Shown: positions 40,325 to 54,716, counted from the stretch's first letter. The stretch: 64,000 bases of DNA from Eledone cirrhosa (GCA_964016885.1 OZ024759.1:25110001-25174000); one strand, 5' to 3'. Program-made: numbers and translations. The notes: generated from the letters alone by a model not told the origin.

Positions 40325-41890
40325 AGGGCAGTAGGTTGGCAGTATCAGTAGCGTGTCGGGCACCATGCTTTGCAGCATAGAGTTTGGCTCTTTATGTTCT
40401 GATTTCAAATCTCACAGCTTTGTCTTTCATCCTTACAGGGTTGATAAAATAAAGTACCAGTAATGCACTGAGGTCAATTTAATCGACTTTTCCCTCCCCG
40501 AAAATTGCTGGCTGAGGGCCTAAAGTAGAAACAATTATTATTAATAGAATTATGGCACTGGATTAACAGTATCGGTAGAAGGTCGGACGCCATGCTTTGC
40601 AGCATAGAGTTATGGCTCTTTATGATCTGAGTTCAACTCCCACCGAGGTTAACTTTGCCTTTCATCCTTATGGGGCCGATAAAGTAAAGTACCAGTCATG
40701 CACTGGGGTTGATTTAATCGACTTTCCCCTCCCCCCAAATTACTGGTCTTGTACCTATATAAGACACCATTATTAATAGAGTTATGGTTCTTTATGTTCT
40801 GAGACATCCATACGGGGGTTGATAAAATAAAGTACCAGTTACACACTGGGTTGATTTGATTGACTTTCCCCTCTGCTAAATTGCCTGCCTTGTGCCTAAA
40901 TAAGAAGCCATTATTATTATTATTATTAGGGCAGTGGATTGGCAGTGTAAGTTCAAATCCCGCTGAGGTTAGCTTTGCCTTTCATCCTTACGGTGTCGGT
41001 AAAATAAAGTACCTGTAATGCACTGGGGTCGATTTAATTGACTTTCCCCTCCCCCAAATGTCTGGCCTTGTGCCTATAGTAGAAATCATTATTATTATAA
41101 TTGTTTTTATTATTATCAAAAGTGTTGGTGGATTGGCAGTAACGGTAGAGGGTCTGACACCATGCTTTGCAGCAAAGGCCTTGTGCCAAAAGTAGAAACA
41201 ATTATTATCAAAAGTGTTGGGATTCCTGACTTCATAGGCAGTGTCAAAATTTCTGCCATCACTAGCACTGCCAGAATAATGCACGATATATTGAGCCTCT
41301 GAGGCCAGGGACTGATCTGAGGCCAGGGACTGATCTGAGGCCAGGGACTGATCTGAGGCCAGGGACTGATCTGAGGCCAATTAATGCTTCCCTTAGCAAC
41401 CGATCACAAGAGAAAATCTACAAACAATTTTTTTGTTGGCTATGTGCCTAAATCAGAAACCAATATTATATTTAAGGGCAGTAGATTGACAGTAATAGGC
41501 GGTGGATTGGCAGTATCGGTAGAGGGTCGGACGCCATGCTTTCCAGCATAGTTACGTCCCTTTACGATCTGAGTTCAGATCCCGCCGAGGTTGACTTTGC
41601 CTTTCATCCTTACGGGGTCGATAAAATAAATTACCAGTAATGTACTGGGTAATTGCTGGCCTTGTGCCTAAAGTAGAAACAATTATTATATTTAAGGGCA
41701 GTGGTTTGGCAGTATCAGTAGAGCATCAGACACCATGCTTTGCAGCATAGAGTTATGGCCCTTTGTGTTCTGAGTTCAAATCCGCTGAGGTTAACTTTGC
41801 CTTTCATCCTTACGGGGCTGATAAAATAAAGTATCAGTAATACACTGGGATAATTGCTGGCCTTGTGCCAAAAGTAGAAACAATTATTAT
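40325..41890 (+). mobile_element. Cluster of SINE A copies and fragments, with an 18-bp tandem repeat (tctgaggccagggactga, 41298-41378)
   Basis: Repeated ggattggcagtatcggtagag heads and gccttgtgcc.aaagtagaaac tails in the same orientation. Confidence 0.8.
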
Positions 41891-41924
41891 AATTAGTGCA
41901 GAGGATGGACAGGTTAGATCGCAC

Positions 41925-42200
41925 CTGGTAGAGCTGCTACTTTTCTGCATCAACAGATCACAGCCCTGATATTATGGACATGTCAGAATGTCTAAGGTGC
42001 AAGTTGCTGTGCAGATTTTATAGAGCAAGCTAATCAAAAGGCGACCCAGAAGTAGACCCTGTGCAAAATGGTTGGATAACATCCTTAGGGATCCTGTTGC
42101 TTCTGACAGGATCTTCTAAAAGGGATATCTGAGAACTCTGGCCCCACAACTACCCCAAGAAGAAGAAGAAGACGAAGAAGAAGAAGAAGAAGAAGAAAAC
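41925..42200 (+). mobile_element. Old RTE family 2 3' fragment with (GAA)n
   Basis: gtagagctgctac...tatggacatgt...tggttggataacatcc, matching 30830-31120 and 51610-51870. Confidence 0.65.
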
Positions 42201-43639
42201 GCAGTTGCTGCCAACTCACTACATTGTCACACCTGTCCTTCATAGGCAGGTAGCCTGAGCTGATAAGAGTTAAGTGTGTTGGTCCTGAAGATTATACACA
42301 GGCTGATAGTGATGGGATGGTGGTGGTGGTGAAATGAACCATAGATTCTCTGAACAAGACACCTAACTTTCTTCTATCAATGAAACCAGCTGTGCTGTGT
42401 GATTCCTGATAGAACAACTTCACCATTAATAAGAGATGGCCTGATGTAAAGGAAAAATAGCAAGGCACTTTAGTTTATAAAACAACAATCTATCAATGTT
42501 GACTGTTATCAACGGTTATGACTGACTCTGTTGCTTATAGAGAATTCAAAACAGCAAAGAAGAGACACGAAATGTCCATGGAAGAATCTATTAATGGTTG
42601 AACAAAGATTATTTCTTTTGACATTACTCATTTAATTGTTTGTATTCTTCAAATACATTCTAGTATAATAGAAACCTCAAGTCATCTGTATTCGGAATTG
42701 TGTCGTTAATGGATTTTATGAAGCTGTTGGATGACAAAAGAATTAAGGAGTGGCTTTTTCCTGCCTAAGTAGGTGTCACAATCAATTTTTATCTTGTATC
42801 TCCTGCATTGTAAATGTGGCAATAGTTAAAATAAAAGAATTAGGTGTGTAAATAAATGTGTAAAAAACACAAAACAAAACACGTGAAGAGAAATGTGTAG
42901 AAGAAAATCAGTGCTGATGTAAACCTTGATTTGGTTTTTGCTCCAGGCTTTAGATATAAAAATATAGATAGAAAAATAACAACATAGAACATAAATCATT
43001 GCTTCCATATTTTAAATGTAAAAGCAAATGGTAACAACAGAAACAACTACAACAGCAACAAAAACAAAGAAAAGACTGTGACAATAATATTGATGTCTAG
43101 GAATGATCCATTACAACAAGGTTTACTGGAGGGCACAAGGATTAATTAAATATATCTACAATAATAATTATTTTATGAAGGTACGCTGAAATAATTAATC
43201 TGGCTTTGGTAAATAAATGTGGTAAATAAATATATACATATACACCAGGTCCGAACACAATGAAACCAAACTCCCACTGTCACTGTCTCTCCCTCTCTCC
43301 CCATCTTTCACTATTATAAGTAAATGGGGGCCCACATGCTGGCCAGCCTGTGGCTCCGGCAGACAGAATAAAGAAGGAGTTTTCACAGAGGAAGAGCCAT
43401 TCCAGTTTGTGAGGCTCACACCTGCGGGTAGCCAATTCTGTGTCAATGGAGGTGGGAAGGGAAAGGACGAAAGAGAAAATCAACCTCAAATAAAGTTATT
43501 TTGCACTTTCTGTCACACTATAGCATATTAATACAACCAAGTACAAGATCCCTCATGGCCTATGCTTCTTGCAATATTTTTTTCTAGACATTGTCTACCT
43601 AGGAGTACATTACCAAATGTATCCTTCCATTTTAAGGAA

Positions 43640-44030
43640 ATAGATGTAGCAGATTTCCCTAGCAGGTCATGTGACCATATAGGAGCTCCTTCATTGGCTG
43701 GTTTCAATGGATGTGGTAAATATTTCCAGCATGTCATGTGACCATATAAGTGCTCTCATTGACATGGTTTCAATGGATGTGGTAAATATTTCCAGCATGT
43801 CATGTGACCATATAAGTGCTCTCATTGACATGGTTTCAATGGATGTGGTAAATATTTCCAGCAAGTCATGTGACCATATAAGTGCTCTCATTGACATGGT
43901 TTCAATGGATGTGGTAAATATTTCCAGCAAGTCAGGTGACCATATAAAAGTTTCTCATTGGCTGGTTTTGATATATGAGGTAAATATTTCCAGCAGGTCA
44001 GATGACATTATAGCAGCTTTCTCATTGGCT
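43640..44030. repeat. 66-bp minisatellite
   Basis: gtttcaatggatgtggtaaatatttccagc recurs at 43701, 43767 and onward. Confidence 0.9.
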
Positions 44031-44266
44031 AGTTTCCTGGTTTCATTATTTGTAATGTATTTCGTATTTGCTTCAAACATTGATTTTCTGGATATTTTCT
44101 TTGTGTTACATTACACACAATTTATATTTTAGAATAAAAAATTAAATTATCTATCAGAAAATCAATGAATTTATTCAGACCAGAATTATTTATTTACATT
44201 TAAATCTTTAAATATAAAATTTACATTTACATATGAACATTTAATTATGAATCATAGTTTCAGTTT

Positions 44267-44302
<36 letters not shown>

Positions 44303-44365
44303 CATCATCATCATCGTTTAACGTCGATTTTCCATGCTAGCATGGGTTACACATATACATAAACA

Positions 44366-44408
<43 letters not shown>

Positions 44409-44443
44409 TATACTGTATGTATATATATGTATATATATATATG

Positions 44444-44479
<36 letters not shown>

Positions 44480-44577
44480 GCATATATATATATATATATA
44501 TGCATATATATATATATATATGCATATATTTATATATATATGCATATATATATATATATATATTATATGTATATATG

Positions 44578-44608
<31 letters not shown>

Positions 44609-46159
44609 GCATATATTATATATTTATATATATATATATTATATATATATGCATATGTTATATGTATATATATTATATGTATATATGCATATATTATATA
44701 TATATATGTATATATATATATAATATATGCATATATACACATATATATATAAAATAAGTCAAAATAAAAAGTATATTTTTACAAATTTTCCAGAAATCTC
44801 AAGAAAAGATTTAATTATCTAAAAAAGTTTCTTAAGGAAAAGTTTTGTCAGCATTTCGGTGGCGTTAATTTTTGGCATTGCCTATAAATAGATTTCTATT
44901 TTGAATTAGAGTTCTATCTTTTGGTTATGAATAATACATATTTCTCTATGAATATTAAATATTAAATATTAACAGAGAGCAAAGACAGGGAGAGAAAGTT
45001 TGTAGTCTAATGTTTTGTCTATTCTTAGGTTCTCTACTTTACAAGAAATCTCCATTGCCACTTCTACAAATAAATATAGATAAGTTTCTGTTGTCTTATG
45101 TTTTCTTCTTTAAGTCTTGGAGAGAAAAGGGGGAGTGGGAGAGGAGTAGAGGTGGGTGAGATGGGGTGAAGAGGGGGAGAAGGTGGGGTGGGAGTGGTGT
45201 AGGGTGGATGGATGGAAAAGGGACGCAAAGGGGAGGATGATGGAGAGGGAGAGAAAGTGTGTGTGTGTGTTTGCGAAAGAGATAGAGAGAGAGTATGTGT
45301 GTGTGTGTGTGTGAGAGAAAGTGTTTATGTGTGAGAGAGTGTGCTGGTCAAAGTGTGTGTGTGTGTGAGAGAGAAAGGAGAGTGTAAGTGTGTGTGTTTG
45401 TGTGAGAGAGAGAGAGAATGCATGTACGTGTGCAAGAGAATGTGTATGCATTTGTATGGCTGTGTGTGTGAGAGAGAGAGAGAAAGAGGGAGAGAGAAAC
45501 TGTGTATGAGTGTGAGAGAGAGTGAGAATGTAAAAGAAAGAGAAAGAAAAAGATTGTGTGTGAGAAAGAGTGTCTGGGTGTATGAGATGGAGAGAGATAA
45601 TGAGTAGGAAGGTAGGAGAGAGACAACGAGAGAAAGAGAGAAAGAAAGAAAGGGAGAAAGAAAGAAAGGGAGAAAGAAAGAAAGAAAAATGCAAGATTTA
45701 AGGATTTTTTTTTTTTTTTCCCATAGAACTAAACTTATATGTTTTCTCCCAGCAAAAGAACTCTATCAACCATTCTCTTGAGATTCCAGCTTCCCAGAAA
45801 TATACATGGAACACTCAATCTTGGATAATATTTTTGGTAAAATTAAATATAGAATTGTTCGTTTTACACCTGGGAGGGGTGAGAAGGTGGATAACTCTTT
45901 TGATTTTATAGATCTATAATTCAATTTTGTCTAGCTCACTTTCGTAATTATGTACCTGAAAAAATACACCCCCACCACCACCACCACCATGGGTTAGTTA
46001 AGGGGGAGATGTTTGATGATAAGCCCCATTGGGGCCCAAGTTGTCAACCTCCCCACGATGGGCCCTGGAAACTGATCACTGATTTCTGATCTCGATCAGA
46101 CGAATGAGAGCAACAGTCTTATACACAAGAAGAAGTACCTTGATTTATTGTGGTAGCCC

Positions 46160-46850
46160 TCAATGAGAGTTTATTGACAGAAACCCTTGTCTATAAGAGC
46201 TCAACAGGAGTTCAGTGATGTAGACCCTTGTCTATAAGGGCTCAACATGGATGCAGTGACACATACCCTTGTATATAATGTCTCAGCAGGGGTTCAGTAA
46301 TGGAAACTCTTGTCTATAAGGGTTCCATGAGAGTTTAGTGACAGAACCTTTGTCTATAAGGACTCAATGAGAATTCAGTGACAGTCCCTTGTCTATAATG
46401 TCTCAATGAGAGTTCAGCAACGGAATCCCATGTCTATAAGGTCTCAATGAGAGTTCAGTGACAGAAACCCTTGTTGATAAGGACTCAATGAGAGCTTAGT
46501 GACATAAACCCTTGTCTATAGGGTCTCAATGAAAGCTCAGTGACATAAAACTTTGTCTATAAGGGCCCAAGAGTGATAAAGACCCTTGTCTTTTAGGTCT
46601 TAATGAGAGTCTAGTGACAGAAACCCTTGTCTATAAGGACTCAATGGAAGCTCAGTGACAGAAGCCCTTGACTATAAGGTTTCAATAAGAGTTCAGTGAC
46701 AGAGAAACTTTGTCTATAAGAACACAACAGGGGTTTAGTGACAGAGACCCTTCGTCCATAAGGACTCAACAAGGATTCAGTGACAAAGACACAATGAGAG
46801 TTCAGTGATGGAGACCCTGGTCAATAAGTACACAACAGGGTTTCAGTGAT
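46160..46850. repeat. Degenerate ~40-bp minisatellite
   Basis: Consensus gagagttcagtgacagaaacccttgtctataaggactcaat. Confidence 0.85.
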
Positions 46851-47375
46851 ACACAAAAGAATGCTGGCAATGCCAACGAAACTGGAAACCAAAGACCAAT
46901 GCCAACATATCTAAGAGTAAGAAAAAAAAATGAAAACACCACAGCAATGTTGTTCCCAATACTAACAGGGAAGGGTGGGGACTCCACCTTTGGTACTACC
47001 ACATATCATAGCCCAGATATTATTCGCACACCTTCACATAAAGGAAGGGGTATACACAATTTTAGATAAATGATACAGCTAGCCTAGTTATAGGCATTTT
47101 GTTTTGTATTTTTGTTTTAACTTTCTTTCAGTCTGTATCTGACTGTATAGCTTGACACTTTTGGTATGTGGCCAGACATCAGCAGACTGTTGTCTATATA
47201 TCTGGGTGTATAGGGTGTATATATGGATATGTATATGTATATATATGTATATATATATGCAAGCGTGGAATATGGACGTTAAACGATGATGATGATGATG
47301 AGGATGATATATGTATATATATATATGTATATGTATGTATATGCGTATATATATATATGTGTGTGTATATGAGTG

Positions 47376-47406
<31 letters not shown>

Positions 47407-47518
47407 ATATATATATATGTGTGTATATATATATATAAGTATGTATTTATGTATGCATATACATATATACCTCTGCATATGTGACTATGTGAATACACAC
47501 ACATATATACATACATAA

Positions 47519-47573
<55 letters not shown>

Positions 47574-48320
47574 TATATACACACATTTATACACACACAC
47601 ATATATATATATATACACATACACATACCTTCACATATGCTGCAGTGTGACATTATACAATGACACAACATATGTTATGAGTTTTCTAATGCTGCTTTTC
47701 AAAACTGAACTGTAAACTTAGAAGCTGCAGTGCAGAGAGAAAGAAGAAGAGTCAGTAAGTTAAAATGGTGTCCTATATAATTACATAGGTCTTCTCTCAA
47801 GTCATTGTTTCAACAGATTGTAATGTCTCTTTCCCATATATATATATATATATATATATGGGTACAAGGTAAAGACACCCTCTATGTATATATATATATA
47901 TATATATAATTGGTGTGGGATGCTTAAAGCGTCCATAAGCGGTATGCCATTTGAGCACTCGATACTCTTACAGAGCAGAGTATAATATCACATTAGAAAC
48001 GGAGAATCAGTCGCACCACTAATTCTCTGTATCTTATATGATATGTATATAGATATATATATTATTAGAAAGTGAGGTTTTTTTACAAAATGAAAAAAAA
48101 AAAACGTAGTGTCCTACATGAGTGTAAGTATAAGGAAAAAAGATGAAATCGAAAATGCAACTGGAGTCTTTTTTTATAAAAATATATATTTATTTAGTTC
48201 CTTATATATATATATATACAGATAAATCCACCAACTAATGGTAGTGTCTAAGCCATATTCCTGTCATGATGATGTATCCTGTCTTGTGGTCTTGATTATT
48301 ACAATAGAACATACTCTGAA

Positions 48321-48380
<60 letters not shown>

Positions 48381-48381
<1 letters not shown>

Positions 48382-49937
48382 CATCATCATCATCATCATC
48401 AACGTTTAACGTCCGTGTTCCACGCTTGCATGGGTTTGGACGGGGGTAGTCCCACTTGAGGCAAGAGTGATTGTCTTGCTCGCATAGGACTGTCTGGCAG
48501 GTTTTCTACAGTTGGATGCCCTTCCTAACACCAACCACATTTACAGTGTGGGTCTGGGAGGTTTTTACCGTGTTGCCTACACGGCCACATTACAGCGTGG
48601 ACTGTGTGTTTTTTTGTCGTGACACCTACACGATCTCATTTGTTTCGGCCTCGATGGCGCGGCACCAACATAACTTTACATAGAACGGGGTGGTGTGGAT
48701 GGGGTGGGGGTGGGGGTGGTGGGACGGGGTGGGGTGGTGGGACGGGGTGTATTTTGTTAGAGATGCCTACTGGCTGGAGTAGGTTTTACTATATATTTAG
48801 GTAAGGCGGGTCTTCTCTGTTACTGAGTACCGCCAAAGGTCTCGGTCCAGTGACATTGTCTTGGAGAGGTGTAAGTGTGTGATGTCGGAGTTTATCAGCT
48901 CGTCCCAGGTTTTTCTAGGTCTGCCTATTCCGTGACTACCGTCTATCTTTATTGCCCTGCACTTTGTTATACAGCTATCGACTTTCATGCGCATCACGTG
49001 TCCATACCAACGTAGCCTTCTCTCGAGTAAACAACATCTGATCCCTCTTATCTCTAATTTTTTCCTTAGTTCGTTTATGCTTTGCCGTTCACGTATATTA
49101 CTGTTACACATCCAGCGGAGCATGCAAGCTTCGTTCCTCTCTAGTCTGCGTATATCCTCTGCACACAATGCCCAGGTCTCACTGCCATGCAGCATTGCTG
49201 TTCGTATGCAGGCATCGTACAACCTGCCTTTCATTTTTAGTGAGAACCCTTTAGCAGCTAATAGTGGTATAAGCTCTCTGAACTTTTTCCAACCAGTTCT
49301 GACTCTAGCTACAGTACTTTCAGAGCACCCTCCCCCACTGCTGATTTTATCGCCCAGGTAACGGAAGCTGTCCACTATTTCTATAGAACCCTCTGCGCAA
49401 TTGAAAGAGCTAGTAGTTTGTGGGCACTTGCTGCTACTTATTGCACCAGAGCACCGGCCACATGTAAAATCTATGTTCTTAGTTAGCTTACCTGTGATCC
49501 CACTACATCTTTTATGCACCCATACTTTGCATTTAGGACATAAAATGGAGTTTCTACCTACGCCTTTCCTACACACCGAGCACGACCATTTCCCAGAAGG
49601 GACCGCCGCCTTGTTTTCTTTCCTACAAACTAGTACTTTGGTCTTAGCCAGGTTAATTTTAAGTCCTTTTGACTCTAGGCCGTGCTTCCATGTTTGGAAT
49701 TTCTTCTCTAGCTCGGCCATTGATTCCGCTATGAGTGTCAGGTCGTCTGCGTATAGGAGTTCCCATGGGCAGCCTGTCTTGAACTCCTCTGTTATAGCCT
49801 GAAGGGCAATAATAAATAGTAGTGGGCTGAGAACAGAGCCCTGATGGACGCCAACTTTTACGCTAAACTCTTCACTATATTCGTTGTTAATTCTAACCTT
49901 GCTGACTGTTTCTTTATACATGGCTTGTATAGCCCTC

Positions 49938-49940
<3 letters not shown>
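48381..49940 (-). mobile_element. Young 5'-truncated RTE-clade LINE with ~400-bp 3' UTR and (GAT)n tail
   Basis: Uninterrupted RT frame, UTR shared with the 62893 copy, both ends in (TA)n. Confidence 0.95.
48797..49940 (-). pseudogene. RTE reverse transcriptase C-terminal half with internal PHD finger (5'-truncated)
   Basis: GVHQGSVLSPLLF, LLYADD (YADD at 49742-49753), INLAKTKVL, C4HC3 finger, FRYLG, LRWYGH, GRPRKTW; the ORF-track N-terminus comes from the adjacent SINE and (TA)n. Confidence 0.9.
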
Positions 49941-49984
<44 letters not shown>

Positions 49985-49986
<2 letters not shown>

Positions 49987-50310
49987 AGGCATATGATTTA
50001 GTGGTTGGAGCATTGCGCTTGCAATCGAAAGGTTGTGAGTTCAATTCTCAGACCGGGTGATGTGTTGTTTCCTTGAGCAAGACACTTTATTTCACATTGC
50101 TCCAGTTTACACAGCTGTAGAAATGAGATGATAGGGACTGGGGTCCCTATCATTCCACTGCAAAGTGGTCGTGGAGGTGCCACGGCAAAAAAGCACCCAG
50201 CACTCACTGTAAATGAGGTTGGTGTTAGGAAGGGCATCCAGCTGTAGAAATCAAGCCACAATCAGTTCCCATCCCACCCTTGCAAGCAGGGAAAAGCGGA
50301 CAAAATGATG
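49985..50310 (+). mobile_element. SINE family B, full length
   Basis: ggaggcatatgatttagtggttggagcattgcgcttgcaatcgaaaggttgtgagttcaattctc...gcaagcagggaaaagcggacaaaatgatg. Confidence 0.85.
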
Positions 50311-50938
50311 AAAAAATATATATATATATATATATTATATATACATATATTATACATTATTTTGGTGTCATGATAAAATGCACCCAGTTCAATCAGTAAA
50401 TGCCGTTGGTATAATGAAATGTATCCAGTTGTAGAAAATAAGGAAGAAACAGTTCTGTATGAACAAGACATGGTCATCTGATCTGACTTGTTTCACAATG
50501 GCTCAAATCATCTAACCCATACTAGCATGGAAAATGAACGTTAAACAATGGTGATGATAATGATGATATATAAGTATCAATATATATATATTTATACATG
50601 TGTATCTAAGTATACATGTGTATGCATGATATCTTAGATAAAAGACCAAGAGAAACAATGCTGAATCTAGTACAAGAGTGGTTATTTAGTTTATATTAAA
50701 TTTCATACACTGAACATGTATGCACGACCTTAGGTTTCGAGGTCCACTTATATATGTATTTACATATACATATATATATATATTTATATATGTATATATA
50801 TATGCGAGAAAAACCACAAACCCTCCATCTCAATTCTACTTTTGAAAAGCATAAGAACTGTGAAACCGGTAAAGAAAACAAATAAATATTCTTAAAAAGA
50901 CTCCAGTTTCATTTTTGATTTCATCTTTTTTCCTTATA

Positions 50939-50995
<57 letters not shown>

Positions 50996-51099
50996 TTAAT
51001 ACATTGTCACTGCTAGAACAAAAGGATGGTGATGGCCATCTAAAAAACATAGCGTAATGAGGCTGTTTGCTTGCAAACGAATCAAATATTATTATTATT

Positions 51100-51325
51100 C
51101 GGGATTGGCAGTATCGGTAGAGGGTCAGATGCCATTCTTTGCAACATAGAGTTACGCTCCTTTACAGTCTGAGTTCAAATCCCGCCGAGGTTAGCTTTGC
51201 CTTTCATCCTTATGCAGTCGATAAAATAAAGCACCAGTAATGCCCTGAGGTTGATTTAATCGACTTTCATCTCCCCTTAAAAAAATTACTGGCCTTGTGC
51301 CTAAAGTAGAAACAATTATTATTTG
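51100..51325 (+). mobile_element. SINE family A
   Basis: Full head, Nin-like core and tail. Confidence 0.8.
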
Positions 51326-51409
51326 ATATAAAACTCATGAATGCATTTGTGAAAACTTAGATTGTTTATTTCAACAACTTGGACGCTTTTACTGTCTCTG
51401 CTGCGTTTA

Positions 51410-51870
51410 AGTAATCAGAAGAAGGGTGGTAGGTGGAATAGTCAAACTCGCTATCATCAATTCGGTTTTCTTGCCAACCTTTACCTATGGTTATGAATCT
51501 TGGGTAATACGATCGCGAATACAAGGGACCAAAATGGGATTCCTCCGAAGGGTCTTTGGATAATGTTACTCGATAAAGTGTGTAGATCGGAAATCAGAGA
51601 GTCACTCCAGGTAGAGCCACTACTTCTCCAAATTGAAAGATCGCAGCTCCAATATCATGGGCATGTGGTTAAAATGTCTCAGGAAAGAGACCCAGGGGTA
51701 TACCCCAAGAAAGATGGCTGGATAACATCCATGAGCTTGGCTGGTCACGCTTGGGGATTCAGTTGGATTAGTTGGAGATGGTTGCTTCTGACAGGACCTG
51801 TTAGAGGGAGTGTTTGAGGACTCTGCTACCCACAACCCTCTCAGGAATAAGTGGGCGAAGAATAATAAAA
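51410..51870 (+). mobile_element. Old RTE family 2 (Rex3/Expander-like) 3' fragment
   Basis: TYGYESWV...LLDKVCRSEIRESLQVEPLLLQIERSQLQYHGHV...WLDNIHELGWSRLG; tail ggaataagtgggcgaagaat. Confidence 0.75.
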
Positions 51871-52591
51871 TAAAACAAAATAAATTTAAATAAAATGAAA
51901 TAAAATTAAATTAAATTGAAAATTGAAGGAAAATAAAATAAAAATAAAATAAAATAGAATAAAATAAATTAAATTAAAATAAAATAAAATACAGATGATG
52001 ATGATGACACACAGGCAGTAAACACAACTAGAGAATCTTTGCTTTTCTATGTCGAAGAACCAGTAGTAAGATGGTTTTTTCCGTAAACACCTGTAAACAC
52101 AAGTGCCAAGAATGGTTTATTTCTCTCTTTTAATTAGCAAATTCTTACTAAGAAAAGCAAAAAACTTGAACATGTGTAGCTGGAACATGCGAAAAATATC
52201 GCTAAAAATAACTGTGATTTTCATATAATTGGCACAAATTTATATAGAAGAGAAAATTAGATTTTAAAAACTTCTATTTCGTTTTCTACACAACATTGGA
52301 GTCGTAATTTACTTACTTTTCACATATAGGGAAAATTATTTTAAGTAATTAATTGGATAACTCGCAAATTTGAATAATTTCCAAAAATATCGTTATTCAA
52401 ATCATTATTTTCTCATTATTATTTTTTTTTTTTTTCTTAATTTTTTTTGTGTATGATTTTTATTTTTTTTATCAAACCAGTAATGAAAAAATAGCATTTT
52501 ATTTATATAATATATATATAAAATATAATATAATATATATATATATTGGTTTCTTATATTGCATATATATATATGTATAAAATATAATGTA

Positions 52592-52629
<38 letters not shown>

Positions 52630-53433
52630 GGTTTGCTTTTATCCTTCTATGTTGTTTATTTGCACCCCTCGCCTTACGCGAATTCTGGTCCCAATAATTT
52701 TTTTTAGTTATTGCTCGCACCAACCTGAGATATCTGATTTTTAATGCAATGAAATACCAATGATGGTTGGAAAATCACTGACGAAGGACTATTTTTATCA
52801 TATGTAACCCATGTGCAAACCACGCAGTATTCTTCTTTCTTCTCATGTTTTTATATATATATATATAATATAATATAATGTATACATACACATATATATA
52901 TAATATATATATATATTGTATATAAAATACACAATATACTCACACATATATATATATACATTTACAAGGTATATTGCATCAGATTTCATATTTAAAAAAA
53001 AAATGAATAAAGAATGAATTAAAAAGAACAACAAAAAATATTATGAGTTATTTTGATATCAGTGTTGTGGAAACTTACCAATATATTGATGCCCTCGGCA
53101 GAAAAATAAATATTTTTACAGCTCGTTTTCTTCTTTCCCTGTTTATTTTGTGTTGTTTCGTTGTTGTTTTTAAGAAAACAAATTTTTCTGTATTCTGGCT
53201 CTTCTTCCCTAGTCTTTGTACCATGCTTTTGTCGGAATTAAATTTAATATTATTTAGCTTCCTTGGCAATAATTTCTAAATATCCTTCGCACTACCATTT
53301 TTCAATTTGACAGCGTTGAATGCTACAAGCAGAAATATGAATTATTGATAGAATAAAATCTGAATGTTATTGCATAAGATTTATATAATGTTATGGCAAA
53401 ATAGACAGGGAATAACTTAATATGGAAACGGTA

Positions 53434-53502
<69 letters not shown>

Positions 53503-54716
53503 GGAGGGAAGGAAGGAGGGACAGCAATATAAAAAATGGTTATTCTAAGGGTTAAATAATACAATGGATACCTAGATATCATAGGTGACTCTGTTGACTG
53601 TTTACATTAACATTGCATAAATATAAAGAACGGGAACAGTTGATGTTGACACATGGGTTATTCATATTCTTTCCAAACCAGTCAAAATTGATACCAGTTC
53701 CTGCAAATTCTCTTTTCTCTTTTCACCCTAGATTTATAAATGTCACAATGCAAGTCAACAATAAACATTCATAGATATCTTATATAAATTATTGAAGCTC
53801 TGGATAATATGAAATTTTTGTTAGAAAATATATGAATCCCAAATACTGTAACAGCAGTCGATTGATATAAATAATAGCTTAGAAAAAATAATGATTTAGC
53901 AGAAATTGTTATATTTGGGTAGGGTCATGTTGTCCTAATACAGTGTAAGCATAAGTGTTCGTTGTATAGTTCAAAAGTTCTACAGTTCAACAGTTCTCTA
54001 GTTTAATCGTTCTACTGTTCTACAGTTCTACAGTTCAACAGTTTAACAGTTCTACAGTTCAACAGTTTAACAGTTCTACAGTTCAACAGTTTATTGTGCT
54101 CCATTGTGTTGAAATAGAAATTTGTAAACTAGTATTCCTTGTTCAATTACCTATGCTCATAAGGAAATAGACTAGACACCACACTTATGGATGCTGAATA
54201 AACCAGTCAAACTAACTACTAGATAATTTGTACAGTTAAAATAATTCTTACACATCTCGCCTTCCATAATTTTAACACATTCCCAAAATAAAAGAAATTG
54301 TTTACATTTTTCAAATCTTTGTAGCTGGATGCATAAGAACAATGGATTGGTAAATAAATGTTCTTTCTATATTATATAACGATTTTGAAGATTTCTCTAC
54401 AAAGGAATTAAATGCTTCATTCTTTGTAGTTGAATGAAACATATGTAAATCAATTGAATAATGTATTAATGTATTGAACATTGGTGATTTTTTCATATAT
54501 ATATATATATATATATCGGTTTTTTACCAGAAGATATGGTGGATATTTTCATCTGATATTGTATCCTATATGGTTGTTTTTTTTTATGTTTGTAGGAGGA
54601 TAGCTTGAATATCTATAAATATTGTAATGACTACTACTACTGTTGCTGTTGCTGCTACTACAACTACTACCACCACCACCACTACTACATAAAATGAATT
54701 ATATATATATATATAA

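Noticed and set aside
47132-47163. Exon-like segment with good acceptor and donor on the + strand
   Set aside because: Stops in all three frames, and such sites arise by chance in AT-rich DNA
49941-50044. N-terminus of the 415-aa RT ORF
   Set aside because: Derived from the antisense SINE head and (TA)n; not part of the LINE protein
49985-50057. tRNA-Cys-like gene (ttGCAat loop, A and B boxes)
   Set aside because: It is the head of SINE B, continuing into the SINE core in three copies, and no proper acceptor stem is evident
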